Shown piece by piece: positions 51,660 through 64,000 of a DNA stretch of 64,000 nucleotides. Made by a program: the position numbers and the translations under genes. The notes under the pieces are model-generated. The model saw nothing but the letters and a program-made list of their open reading frames with translations. It ran no database searches and was not told the DNA's origin. Within the stretch, counting starts at the first letter, position 1; every line of letters starts with the position of its first letter. The stretch is from Rhynchobatus australiae (lineage: Eukaryota): assembly GCA_034780895.1 (NCBI GenBank), contig JAUZTB010000069.1, positions 13,293,818-13,357,817 on the forward strand. Direction: 5' to 3'.

Positions 51660-51935
51660 TGCATTCCTCCAGTTCAAGCTCCATGATCATCTCTCAATTC
51701 AATTACTGCACCTTGGCAGCCGTGCCTTCTGAGGTCAAGACTCTAAGTTCTGGAATTCCCTCCTTAAACCTCTCTGCTCTTCCTCCTCGACTCTATTCTT
51801 TAATCCACCCTCAAAACCGCCTTCCTTCACCTAACATCTCCATCTGTGCCTCAGTGTTGAACTTATGGTTATGTTTTTGTGAAATGTAGGGAAACTTTGC
51901 TAAGTTAAATGTGGCATGTAAACACAATATGTTGT
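51660..51935 (+). mobile_element. L2 LINE 3' end; similar pieces at about 29000-29250, 39180-39440 and 54500-54870
   Basis: ttggcagccgtgccttc...ctctaagttctggaattccctcc.taaacctctc. Confidence 0.65.
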
Positions 51936-52184
51936 TTTTGTTGCTGTTTTATATGCGGAGTAACTTTTGGTTTAACAATCGAGTTAGCAAATTCGACTAC
52001 TGCCTGTAGTGTCAATCTGCCTGGGGAGGGGTAAGGTTGGTATTTCTCAATTCCTCCTATTTACACTACAGGATGGATTCAGAACCAGCCACAGTGCAGT
52101 ATCTAAAGAAAGGTGCTTATTTTGCACGTGAGGTTGTTCTGTAGTTGTGCTGTCAATTGCTCCCTTGTATCAGCCATCAGCTGC

Positions 52185-52660
52185 AGCTCAGTGACAGCAC
52201 CCTTGGCTCTGACTCAGTAATGTGGTTCCTCTTACGCTGGAGACTGGACTCAGCATCAACACCAAAGTTGCATTCCAAAACTGGCGATGAAGGTGCCATC
52301 TTTCAGGTGGGATGCTAGACGAGCCCCTTTCCTGGGGACACAAGAGACTATAGATACTGGAATCTGGAGCAACAAACAATTAGCTGGAAGAACACAGCAG
52401 GTTGAGTGACACTTGTGGGGAAAGGAATTGTCGCCGATTTGGGTTGAAGCCCAGTCCTGATGCAGAGTTTTGACTCGAAACATCAGCAGTTCCTTCCCCC
52501 CCACAGATGCTGCTCAACCTGCTGAGTTCCTCCAGCTAATTGTATGTAGCCCCTTCTCTGGTTGATGTGAAAGATCCCATTCCACAACTTGTCTCTTTCC
52601 CCCACTGCCCTCAGTCAACCAACATCATCAAAGCTGATTATCTGCTTGTTATCAAGGTGT
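52185..52660 (+). mobile_element. Deu-domain SINE interrupted by the fold-back element
   Basis: gctcagtgacagcac..ggtgccatctttcaggtggga, then insert, then gatgtgaaagatcccat..caaccaacatca..gattatctg. Confidence 0.6.
52337..52550. repeat. Fold-back element of Penelope ends with a hammerhead-like core at 52452-52484
   Basis: 52369-52450 is an inverted repeat of about 52455-52550; core reads CTGATG CA GAGT tttg ACTC GAAA CATC. Confidence 0.75.
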
Positions 52661-52664
52661 GTAT

Positions 52665-52895
52665 AGAAAGTTATATAAACAAGTATACAAAATTATGAGG
52701 GGTATAGATAAGGTGAGTGCATGCAGGATTTTTCCCCTCAGGTTGGGTGAGACTAGAACTAGAGGTCATAGGTTTAGGGTGAAAAGTGAAATATTTAAGG
52801 GGAATGAGGGGGAACTACTTCACTCAGAGGGTGGTGCGAGTGTGGAACGAGCTGCCAGCAGAAGTGGTGGATGCAGGTTCAATTGTAACATTTAN
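52665..52895 (+). mobile_element. CR1 LINE 3' fragment
   Basis: VYKIMRGIDKV...TRTRGHRFRV...FTQRVVRVWNELP. Confidence 0.85.
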
Positions 52896-54008
52896 NNNNN
52901 NNNNNNNNNNNNNNNNNNNNNNNNNNNNNNNNNNNNNNNNNNNNNNNNNNNNNNNNNNNNNNNNNNNNNNNNNNNNNNNNNNNNNNNNNNNNNNGGAAAT
53001 GCAGTCTATTGAATGGGAGTGAGGATGATGCTGAAATTTGTAGAAGAAAATCAGAAGGCCTGTACTTTTGTGAAGTCCATCCTGGAGATGACACTGGTGT
53101 GGGTGAGCAATGCAGTGAAGGGTGTGTGAGCAATAATATGGAAACTGGGAATATTAACAATCAATAATAATGTGCACTTTAATACCACAGCTCAAGGCCA
53201 GATAAAAGACTGAGGCTCTGAACCTAAAGAATAACAAGTTCACAATCACCTCTTGTGTGGAATAACCACACGAGAATCCTGACTGAAACTAGCAAAATTG
53301 ACATTGATGAAAGGTGATGCTCGTCTTTGTTTTGTTCTGTACAGGCCCCTTATCTTTATATCAGTACATTTCCAACATTTGTGTTTGGGTTGCAAGAGGA
53401 AGCTTGCTGTCTAATTGCCAATACTTTCCTCACCTGCTTGTTGTGCTCACTGCAACCTTTCTAGTGCCTCTTAGTTTTATTGACATTATTAAGGAGTGTC
53501 TCTGTACTTTCTACGTCGATTCCTAAAATTTTTTCTTCCGTCTCCCCCCCCCCCCCGGGCATTCATGGTGTTGAAATCAAAATTCCTCAAAGCACGTCCC
53601 AACATACGCTTACCTGAGGCCTCAAAACACTCACTCATTCCTTTCTCCAATGTTAAGTCTTTAAAACCTATCTTGTAGCATTTCCTGTTAATGGTGATTT
53701 ATATCAATTGGTGTTCATTCAATTCAGCTGGAGAACATCAGTCAGGGACCCTTGAATACACAAATATGGAAGCAGGCTTGGGAAGAGTAGCATAGGCATA
53801 GCATTAGAGTGCCACACACAGTGTAAAGCCTTGAAAGACTTGGCTCCAGTACATTAACCAACCGCCGCTTCCTAGCCTAATGTCTTCTCCCTTTGCATTT
53901 CAATCTCAGTGTCCTGGACATCTGTTCATCAACAAATTACTGACACTGAGGCACTCTTACAACAGCACATACTCAATCAGAATTCTTTCCAATTAATTAA
54001 GGACTCAC

Positions 54009-54212
54009 TTTGTGTGCTTGTCATACATGATAGGAAGAAATTCGTCCACAGGCAGCATCTTACTCAATGGCTGAGAGTTAACCAGTTTCTCAGCACCCTG
54101 CTGTGAAATGACATAAGCGAGCGTCCAGTATGAATACTCGACCACAACCAAGTTACGGACATTGGGCACAGCCTCCTCCTGATTGGGATTGACCAGTTTT
54201 CGACCAAGGTAG
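54009..54212 (-). CDS. CERCAM: CERCAM exon ([13 protein letters not shown]...YSYWTLAY...[16 protein letters not shown])
   Basis: YSYWTLAY and MLPVDEFLP motifs; YLGRK.VNP spacing resembles CERCAM more than COLGALT1/2; 204 nt; tttttcag| and AA|GTGAGT. Confidence 0.93.
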
Positions 54213-56040
54213 CTGAAAAATGAAAGAAATTGCATGTGTTTTCACCCCAAACTTAATACTTGGCAATTTTCAAAAGCCCATTTTTAAAGAAAGATCTCAA
54301 CCTGAGGTTTCAGATGGTGGACATGTAAACCACCATGATCCTGAGCAGTGCAGGAAAAAAGACAATCCCTAGTCTATGCTGAGACACAAGACCTGAGCCA
54401 GTTAATTACTGAGTGCATCAAAGACATTAATATCTTCTGGCTGTAGTAGGGATGGAGAAAATGGCCACTGTCACTCCAGCTCCTGCCTCATACACATCTC
54501 TGATTCTTCACCATCCATTCACACGCCTTCAGCCATTTCAGCCCTAACCTCCGAATGTTCCATCTTCGAACCGCTCCTCCTTCATTAAGGCACACCATAA
54601 AAGAGGCATTTAGAGAGACACTTAGATAGGCAAGGCATGAAGAGAAACAGCCCTAATGCAGCAAATGGGATTAATGTAGATGGGAAAAATGTCAACATGA
54701 GGGTGGTGAGCCAAAGAGCCCATTTCTGTGCTGTACGACTCTATAAAACCTATCTTTTATCTGACCTAATGTTTTCTTAAATGGCTTAATGTTCTTTTTT
54801 TTTAAAAAGAATCCTTGTAAAGTTTCTTGGAACATTTTATTGCATTAAAGGTGCTATAGAAATGCAAGCAGATCATGTTGCTGCTAATCATCGGTGCAAC
54901 CTACTGAAAGCATCTGTTTGTTGGAGCAGCAGAAGACTGAATTCGGATTGGCTGAGATGCCTCGTTATATAGAGTCCTTGCTGCCTTTGGCTGTCTAATC
55001 TCACACAGGGCACACCACGCAGAAATATAGAACGCTACCCAGTTGGAGATCAGAGGGGGGGGGGGGTGAATACGTATAAAACTGACCATTAGATTCGTGC
55101 TTAATTCGCAGGGCAGGATATCATCACCAGAACTGAATGTCTATCTCAAAGGACCCTAGAGACATATCATCGTTATCTCAATTATCTCTCACCAATGTCT
55201 TTCCTATTTACTGAGAACAATATACTGGCTAAGAATTCAATTGCAAGGTGCTGTTAACCTCAGCATCATGTGATTGAAAATAGATCTTCCTCGGAGTGAA
55301 ATCCAATAGTCACTATTTCCGGGTGACTCCAGAAATGCAGCCTGGTACGTCTAGGAATGGCACGTCAAGTGACACCATTTCCCCTGCTAGGCAGTGTGTG
55401 GTTTCACAATATTTGCCTGCTCTAATGGCTTTGAGAGAGAGATGGGAAGGGAAAACTGAGATCAGCAGAGACAAAGGAAGGACAATAAGGAGTGATAGAT
55501 ATGTACACACTTGCAGGAAGAGAAAGACAACTGATCTATAAACATTTGGAAATCAGATAACAATAATGGGGTATGGTCGCACAGCAGTTAAATTATTGGA
55601 GTAATATCCCGATGCTTTGACTTTTATATGGAGTTAAAATTCCATCATGGTAATTGGGGAATTTCAATTCAAATACATTTGGAAGTGGAAAGCTTGTATC
55701 AGTAATGATGACCATAAAAGCACCAGATTGTCATTCAATGCCCATTTAGTTCCCTGAACCTTTAGGGAACGAAATCTGCCCTTGTTTCTGATCTGGCCTG
55801 TATGACACAAGAAGCATTTCACGGGCTGTTAAGGATGTTGAAATGCCCACATCACATGAACAAATAGAGAGTTAAAGACATGGGTTCAACCAGCCTGTCC
55901 CACAGGGCTGAGGTGACTAAACTGCCCACCCCACCCAGATCCTGGGAGAGACAGAAAACCAGGCAATGTTTCAGTGCATTCAGGTCAAAACAGGATACCT
56001 GCCTCAAACATTTAAAGATACAAGTTTAATGTGCACTCAC

Positions 56041-56168
56041 ATAAGGTCCCATTCCAAATTGACATTCTCAATTTCGTTCAGCAGTCTCTTCAGCTTCCTC
56101 TTAAAGTGGCCCTCAAACCTCACATCATCTTCAAAGACCACAGCTTTGTTCAGCTTTCGATCCACCAC
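56041..56168 (-). CDS. CERCAM: CERCAM exon (VVDRKLNKAVVFEDDVRFE...LEWDLI)
   Basis: FEDD motif; acceptor ttgcag| and donor AT|GTGAGT; 128 nt. Confidence 0.95.
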
Positions 56169-56944
56169 CTGCAACCACATTAACATGTAATTTTTCTCCC
56201 CCAGCCTAGAGAACAGCTGACCTCCTACCCTAATGTTATAACATTTGTGCATCATCCTTTAAGTTCTTGCCAGGCTGTGATGCAAACTCTGAGTGCAGAG
56301 ATAAGGCATGCTTCTCGTTGAATTTATTGTTTCCCACCGTCTATTTGCCCTAGGGAGAAAAGTGAAGAGTTGTATGGAGTTGACGTTTCCTCTAATGTTC
56401 TCTCAACTCCTCCCCAAGAGACAGATGACCTCACTTTTGTTTGCTACCTCAATCCATCCAACAAAATTTAGTCAAAGTTGGACAGCCAGAGGTTAGATCA
56501 ACTTTGGCTCAAACTTTGGTTTCTTAGCACTACAAGCTGGGGTGTACACTTGAACTCCTTTCCAACCACATCAAGAAAGTTCAAGAGTTCTCACTAGAGG
56601 TAATACTGGAAGAATTCGTTCGTCTTAGCCTGAAAGATAAGGAAACAAATGAGTTTGGAAGCCCAGGAATGCTGAGAACATACAATGGAACACACACCCA
56701 GATTAGGGGTTTTCTGCCAAAACTCCCCCCTAAGATCAATATCTCACAGAAACTTTCTTTAACCGTTAAGTTGACAGCAGATTCCAAGGCCGCAGCCAAG
56801 GGGAGAAAATTCAGGCCAGACTGCACCAATTCCTTTAGCTTTATTAAAATACTAAAATAACTTACATTCAGTTGCTGCTTTAAGGCAGTAAAGAATCCCA
56901 TGGTGCTTCTTGAGAGTGTTACACTAATCCACGTAAGTAGATGA

Positions 56945-57150
56945 GGAAACAAAATGCTCAGCAGGTCAAACAGCAGTCACGGAGAGAAAGAGAGAGCGAA
57001 TGTTTCAGGTTGATGATCTTTCATTAGACCTCTAAAAAACTCACTGACCTGTAGAATTTATTTTGTTGCTCTCTCCACATCTGGTGCATGACCTGCTGAG
57101 CATTTCCAGCATTTTTTTATTTTCAGAAATTTTTTATTTTCAGCATGACG
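56945..57150. repeat. Older Penelope-end fold-back element
   Basis: atgctcagcaggtca and tgacctgctgagcat inverted arms; degenerate core CTAATGA..CCTGAAAC on the minus strand. Confidence 0.6.
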
Positions 57151-58414
57151 GTTACAAGCAAGTTTTAGATGTGCTCTAGTTTATGAAGGATGCAAGCTGG
57201 GAGGCTGGTCAAGGCTCAACAGTCAAGTTTAATGGTAATGGAGGCATGGCTGAGGATTCAGTAGCACTAGGTGATATTTTGGAAGTGGACTGAACCAGTA
57301 TATTTGGCTTATCTGTTCTATGTTTGCCTTTATGATCCACATGAATCTTCCATTGTATCTGACCCAATAACGTACCTTTCTAAACTTGAACATAAGAATT
57401 AGGAGCAGTGGTAGGGCACTCAGCTCCTCGAGCCTGCTCCACCATTCAATGAGATCATGATTGTAACCTCGACCCTGCATTCCCATCCATCCTTAGTTAA
57501 CTTTCACCCTTTGATTATCTCTGCCTTAAAAAATATTCAAAGACCCTGCTTTAACTGCCCCTTGTGGAAGAGTGTTCCACAGAGGAATGACCTCTGAAAG
57601 AAAAATAATTGCCTGATCTTTATCCCGCAAGAGGAATCGTCCTCCTCACTTCCATCCTGTTTCTTTCCTGCTCGAGGACTTGCCTGGCTTCTCCTTAAAA
57701 GACACTTCTGCTATTTGCCCCAAGTACTCCAGGAGGCAATGCCCCACACATCAGCAGAGTAAACCTGCCAAGGTTCCCTCTCCTCGTCTTTATCCAGTGT
57801 CCTGGGACGGGCTAATAGATAATGGGTTACCATCTGGCTCAAGATATGACTGGCGTTAACTATAACATGCAGCAGAGTTTAAAAAAAAGCGAGTTCCGTT
57901 TGGTCAAATTAATGCAGAACTACATCCCAGTCACTGAGACCAGTGGTGATACTGCCAGCTGCTGAAACCAAACAGCTCACCAAAGACAAGGGACTGAAGC
58001 TGGTTTATGGGGTTAATTAACCACTAAGGAAGCACCAGAACCCATTAACCCGACACAAGCTGATGAAGAATATAAGGGGCTTGCCTGGTGACTAGTGGAA
58101 TCCCGGCACCGCCTGACATGGTGAGCCGGACAACCAAAAGAATCACCAGTTCAATCCCTGACCTGCACATAGTAGTCTACAGACCAAGTGCTGGTGAATG
58201 AGATTAGTAAAGATAAGTACTTGATGGTCAGCATGGACCAGATGGGCCAAAGGGCCTGTTTCTGTGCTGTACGACTCCATCACTGTACCCTGTCATCCGA
58301 TCTTAGGCTGGCGAGTGATGCTGCTTTCATAAGTAGGTTCAATATCCCCAATTTTAGGAAGAGGAGAAAGTCATCAGGACACATTCTTCTGCTAGACTGC
58401 TTGAAATTAGGAAT

Positions 58415-59190
58415 CAGAGAAGTGCAAGGTGTTGCATTTTGGAAAGTCAAATCAAGGTAGGACTTTCACCGTGAATGGCAGAGCCATGGGGAGTGTTGTA
58501 GGACAGAGGGAGCTTGGAGTACAAGTACATGGTTCCCTGAAAGTGGAGTCACAGGTAGACAGGGTTGTGAAGGAGGCTTTTGGCACACATCATCAGTTAT
58601 TGAGTATAAAAGTCAGGAGGTCATGGTGTGGTTGTACAAGATGCTGGTGAGACTGCACTTGGAGTATTGTGTTCAATTTTGATCACCCTGCTAAAGGAAA
58701 GATGTTATTAAACTGGAAAGAGTGTAGAAAAGATTTACAAGGCTGCCAGGATGTGAGGGATTGAGCTAAAGGGAGAGTTTGGACAGGCTAGGACTTTTTA
58801 CCTTGAAATATAGGAGACCATGAGAGGTGATCTTACAGAGGTATATAAGATCATGAGGGGTGAATGTACTCAGTCTTTTTCCTAGGGTTGGGGAATCAAG
58901 AACTAGAGGGCATAGCTTTAAGGTGAGAGGGGAAAGATTTAATAGGAACTTGAGGGGCAACTTTTTTTTACACATGGGCCGGTATATATGTGGAACAAAC
59001 TGGCGCAGCAAGATGTTGAGGCAGGTTCAATAACAATACTTAGAGACACCTGGACAGATACATGGATAGGAAAGGTTTAGAAGATTATGGGCCAAATCTG
59101 GTAAATGGGACTAGCTTGGATGGGCACCGTGGTCAGTATGGACCAGTTGGGTGAAAGGGCCTGTTTCTGTGCTGTATGACTCTATGACTG
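58415..59190 (+). mobile_element. 5'-truncated CR1 (HER1-like) LINE 3' portion
   Basis: KC.VLHFG.SN..R..TVNG, RELGVQVH.SLKV..QVDRVVK, HLEYCVQF and RTRGHSFKV motifs; tail aagggcctgtttctgtgctgtatgactctatgact. Confidence 0.9.
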
Positions 59191-60145
59191 ATATCCAAAA
59201 TCCAATGGCTCTTAGAATCTTTGAAATGTATGGATGGGTCAGGATCTAGGCACTTTCTATGCCCATTCTGGACTTTAATAAAAGAGCTGTTCAGCTTAAC
59301 CCCACTTCCAAGATTCTGGGGTTGTAAGTGACAGCTCATCCTGGTACCTTCAAGTGTGACGAGAACTTTTTTTCTGCCGCACCTCTTTCAGACAGTGAAT
59401 TCAAGATTCCCATAATGCTTTGGCGAAAACATTATCCTTCCACTTCCCTTAAATCTTAAAAAAAAGTTCTTTTATTAACTGAGTACCTTTGTTGGTAATT
59501 TACTGACAATTTCCAGCATCATAGATACCGGCAACAGTGAGGTACTGGGACAAGGTGTCAGGCATGTTGCAGCTGAAAGTATGAAATTTAAGCACTGTGA
59601 CTGAATTAGAATAAAGAGCACCTGGCATAATCCCCACAATTGAGATAATGTGTGAATGTGCGCCAAGAGGCAATGAACTGTGTGTCTTAATCTAAGAACC
59701 CTTCTTCATTGGCCTCTCTAAGAGAAATAGGTCCTCCCCATTCATTCTGCCCAGCTTTCTCACAAGTGGATTAGTCTATGACCATCTCCGTGTTGGACTG
59801 TCCACTGAAATGAAGACTGGCATAAAAAGAACAGTGAATTGGTTGAGGTATCAGCTGAGTGCCAGGATCCACACAAACAGAATATCTGGAACATGAGTCA
59901 GAATATTCTAAAGTGAAGACATCCATATTTGGTCAAACCTCTACACATAATGCCTGCTGACTGCCACTAACTATACTCAGTGACATAACCAAGATTTGCA
60001 AATGAATGCCCACAGATCATTTCATTAGATATTACATGTTTAATTAGGCAACTCCTCTGTTTCTGGATGTTGAATGTAAAAAAAAACCCAAAAAATGCAC
60101 AACAGTTAAATAATGATACAAAGTCAACATGTCAAAGGGGCAAAC

Positions 60146-60278
60146 CTCTTTCCAGATGGAATAATGGCTAAGGAAACATCCAATTTCTCCCTTGGTCAAA
60201 ATTCTTCTGGTGTATGGGTCATAATATCCTGGCAACATGCTAATTCCCATTGCTTTTAAGGTGCTACTGTTCAAAGCA
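60146..60278 (-). CDS. CERCAM: CERCAM exon ([44 protein letters not shown])
   Basis: LPGY.DPY..R.LTKGE.GCFLSHY.IW motif; acceptor tctccacag| and donor GAG|GTTTGC; 133 nt. Confidence 0.95.
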
Positions 60279-61950
60279 CTGTGGAGACAAAATCAGGGGA
60301 ACAAAACATCAGCTAAGTTATTTTGCTTAGATACACATTGCTTGCTTGNNNNNNNNNNNNNNNNNNNNGACACTCTTGGCTACAGCTTATTTCAGTGCTT
60401 TGCATGAGGTTCCATCTTTTCGAATGTGATGGCAGGACTGAGAATGTGCTACTTCTTCATTAGGACCTTTAAGATCCCCTGATGCCAACACAAAGCCAGG
60501 CAATAAGTTTTACTAGTGTCTGGTTCAGAAGTCAGTCCTCAACCAACACAAAATTGAAGTGGGATCTTGCTGAGTGAAAGTTGGCAAGCCCTACAAAACA
60601 ACACCCTGAAGTGCTTAGGGACGGTTCTGAGATTATGAAAAGGTCTGTTAGACCATTTATATGTTAAGGGGAGGTCCCAGATTCACTCCTGCTCTGTGCT
60701 GTTCCACTCAAATCTGGTGATTTGTTACAGTAATCAAAATCAGATTTATTATCACTGACTTAAATGACTGTAAATTTGTTATTTTGCAGCAGCAGTACAG
60801 TGCAATGACATAAAATTACTATAGTTTACAAAAATAAACAAATAGTGCAAAAAGGAATAGTGAGGTAGTTTTCATGGGTTTGTGGACATTCAGAAATCTG
60901 ATGGCGGAGGGGAAGAAGCTGTTTCTGAATCGATGAGTGTGAACCTCAGTGTACCTCACTGCGTTAGGAAATAATCTGCAATGGCTTCTGTTTATGATCT
61001 AAATTTTAAAAAATGCTTGAATATTGGTGTAAGATGAGTAAAGAAATTGTTTTGGGTCCACCTCCCCAACTGTTCTATGATATGTCAACAGTCGGTATCT
61101 AGGTTATAAAGAAAGAATGGGCACTTGGCTGGGTACTGTAGGACATGCATACGTTTGGGAGAATGGCCCAGTATGCACCAGTGCTGGTCAGTGAGAGAGA
61201 CAGCAATCATGTACAAACTGAGAACAGCATACAGGAACTTAGTTACTGAGAAGAATCCAATGTGTAACTTGTATCAGTGAGCTCACATTCCAGTCTGTGC
61301 TTCATGTTCTGCCAGTTTCTTCAACTTCCCAGAAATCTAAAGAATCCACAACAATCCTTTCATATTAGTGATTTATTTTACTAGGGGCTGAGTTCCTATT
61401 GTTATATGTGTTACACAGAAAGAGCCCTAGTGGAGAGCAGGCCACTCTGGGGAATGGGTGAGGTGAACAACATTGGACGAGTTGAAGTCCATCAAACAAG
61501 GAGTGCAGGAGCTCTGCTGGGAACAGTGTTCAACTCAAAAGGCAAGTGGCTTATATGGAGGTGGGCTGGGTGAGAGAGGGGGTCGTGTGAGAACTAGTGA
61601 AGGGCAAGAAGCACAGACCCTTCCCTGGGTGGTGAAAAACAAAACTCCCTCTTCAAAAGGGCTCCCATGGTTGAACCTCTCAAATATACTCATTCTTTCT
61701 TGCATCCCAACGAGGGGTGGAAAGGGGAAGAGCCTCCAGAGATTGAGTGTCAATCACCAGGTATTGATTGAGTAGTGCATATACAGCCATTCATACTTGA
61801 AAGTGGACTGAGTCTGGCAGACAGCATTGCTTCCTACTGCAGAATAGCCTGCTACAGAGCAGCCACAATGGGGAGGTATCAGAGGGCATCAACATGAAAC
61901 CAGCCAGAACCTCCAGGAGTGGAGTGGAGAAAGTGGTCAAAGGGAAATAA

Positions 61951-62256
61951 GGGCAGGCACGGCAGTGTAGCGGTTAGTGTAACGCTATTACAGCACCAGC
62001 GACCCAGGTTCAATTCTGGCCACTGTCTGTAAGGAATTTGCACGTTCTCCCCGTGTCCTTGTGGATTTCCTCCAGGTGCTCCAGTTTCCTCCCACATTCC
62101 AAAGATGTACAGGTTAGAAAGTTATGGGCATGCTATGTTGGTGCCGGAAATGTGGCGACACTTGCGGGCTGCCCCAAGGACACTCTATGCAAAAGATGTA
62201 TTTCACTGTGTGTTTTGATGTACATGTAACTAATAAAGATATCAAATCAAATCAAA
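61951..62256 (+). mobile_element. V-SINE with a Rex1-like tail
   Basis: tRNA-like head gtgtagcggttag...ggttcaattc; V domain; tail tttcactgtgtgttttgatgtacatgtaactaataaa plus (TCAAA)n. Confidence 0.85.
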
Positions 62257-63336
62257 CTAATTTCAGTTTTTGTTGATTGATCAAGAACGTTAAATTTGGC
62301 TGCACAACTCATTCCTTTTCAGTTTTCAGTCAGATCTGTAAAATTAAATAGGCATATATTATCCCAAATACAATAAAATGGTCAGCCACATATGGAATTT
62401 GAAACAAAAAATCCTGATCTTGGCTTAATTCTCCCCACTTGGCACACATTTAATTTGCCCGAGGTGCATTTAATTCCAAAAATTGCAGCCACATTTTCTC
62501 CACCAGCAACAAACTAATTCATTATTCCCCCCATAGCAGCCATGCTGGGCTGTGGGCTTATCCATCTTTGCCAAAACATTGCATTTTATATTTCAATCAG
62601 GGAGCCAGCTAAGGACTTAAATGAATTGAAGAGGGTGGAGGAGATGGTTTGCGGTAGTAGGGGGCTGGGCAACAGAGCAAGAGAAACTCATCAGCAATTC
62701 AGGAGAGTTGTGTTTTTCAACAGCTTATGGTAATAAGCAATAAAAGATATTTTTCTTTTCAACTTTTTGTTGCTTTTCCAGAATTTTTCTTCCATGCTTT
62801 CATCCTTCCTGGGAGACAATTAAATCCAGTCTCAGTCCTCGCCAGAAGCAGGAACCATGCTTAAATTTTCCACTGTAAAGAGTCTCCCAAGAGTATCATA
62901 GCTTACTTCAGAGTTCTGAAAATTGCCCCTAACTCAGACTCATTGGCACAGCTCAGCCCAGGACTTGAATACAAATCTGATCAGGACTGCGTAACTCTGT
63001 CACAAATTGAAAAGTGGAACTTGATTTTATATATTGTGCCTCACCAGAGTTCTTAAAGAATAAATTACATATGCACCTTGGTTGTTCAAATACAGGCTCA
63101 CAGCAAGACCCTACAATGAGGGGCAAGCCGCTTCTGGTACTGATGGCTGGAGGAGGAATGCTGTGAAAAGTCCTACTCCCCTCCCAGTCACGTCTGAAGA
63201 TCTGCAGCAGGATGAATGCATGAGCAGTTTGGACATTGTCTCTGGTTCTGCTGAATGGCAACCAATGTTCTGATTCCCTGCTTTACGGCCAATTGAGTTT
63301 ACCTTCCTTGTACATCTGGAAAGGAAACCTACTGAC

Positions 63337-63443
63337 CTTCCGTCCACTGCATCTATTATCTTGCAGTCAATCTCCTGTTCATACAGCGCCTGAAGCATCC
63401 TCTCCCGTCTATCTGGACGCCGCTTGAGGTTTACTAGGTAAAC
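63337..63443 (-). CDS. CERCAM: CERCAM / GT25 glycosyltransferase exon (VYLVNLKRRPDRRERMLQALYEQEIDCKIIDAVDG)
   Basis: GT25 motif NL.RR.DRRERM...AVDG; acceptor ttttgtggcag| and donor AG|GTCAGT; 107 nt. Upstream exons lie beyond the window. Confidence 0.92.
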
Positions 63444-63569
63444 CTGCCACAAAATAAGACATGCACATTGGCAATGTTAATATAAAATCTCTTTGCTTTT
63501 ATCCCCTAACAAATGGACAGAGACACATAAATGAGCCTCCAGATGGAGATCAGATTATGATAAAGCTCG

Positions 63570-63930
63570 GAGGGGTAGTGGCTTCATAGTTAAGGTACCA
63601 GACATAATGAAAGACCTGGTCTCTTGATCTGGAGAAACTTCAAATTCCACTATGGCACCTTGCGAATTCAAATTCAGTTAATTAAATACAACCTGAAATG
63701 AAAGGCTGGAAATGAAAAATGATGGTAACTACTGGATTTATTTTTAAAAAACCTCATGGAGAAAACCAGTGCAACCCATGTGCCCGTACCCAATGTGACC
63801 CATGTGCAACTCCAGATACATAGCTATGTGGTTGATTCTTAAATACCTCTGAAATAGCCCAGCAACTCACTCAGCTCAAGGGTAGTTAGGAATGGGCAAT
63901 AACTGCTCACATTCCCAGGAATGAATAACT
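63570..63930 (+). mobile_element. SINE sharing the 3' tail of the CR1-group LINE; other copies at about 38400-38990, 55570-55860, 51320-51660 (-) and 13900-14120 (-)
   Basis: Shared core ..aaaaaacc..ggaaatct..tgtgactccagac..tgtggttgattcttaa..gggcaataa.. Confidence 0.6.
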
Positions 63931-64000
63931 AAAGCACTTTATCTCCCCACTCTCCCTCAGCCATGATCGTCAGGATCACTTCTCAGGTCCCTTACAGCTC

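Noticed and set aside
53041-53160. Peptide HPSLHCSPTPVSSPGW, vaguely like the CERCAM last exon
   Set aside because: Lacks the SDTETS motif and a convincing splice context; chance similarity.
53614-53684. Cryptic 71-nt minus-strand exon with donor CAG|GTAAGC
   Set aside because: Weak acceptor, frameshifting, and lies in L2-like sequence.

Overview
Vertebrate genomic DNA, most likely an elasmobranch (shark or ray), judged from HE1-type V-SINEs, HER1/CR1 LINE tails, Deu-domain SINEs and Penelope remnants. It comes from a gappy draft assembly with many 10-N and 100-N gaps. Two spliced protein-coding genes lie on the minus strand. CFAP157 (C9orf117) is essentially complete: 9 coding exons from 26870 down to 2414, about 540 aa, with a CpG-island promoter carrying RFX-like half-sites. 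The last five coding exons of CERCAM (GLT25D3, COLGALT family) run from 63443 down to 39724 and end in RDEL. All splice sites were read by eye, are GT-AG and are phase-consistent, except for an N-gap inside CFAP157 exon 4. Most of the rest is decayed transposable elements (CR1, Rex1/Babar, L2, RTE, Penelope, Tigger and several SINE families). The most notable signals are (i) dispersed fold-back elements made of Penelope ends that carry hammerhead-ribozyme-like cores on opposite strands, (ii) a recursive-splice-site-like motif near the middle of the 14-kb last coding intron of CERCAM, (iii) a 3'UTR intron in CERCAM and (iv) a two-way poly(A) palindrome at the CFAP157 3' end. No prokaryotic-type system or CRISPR array is present. 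TE family names and orthologue comparisons come from recalled motifs, not database searches, and TE boundaries are approximate.
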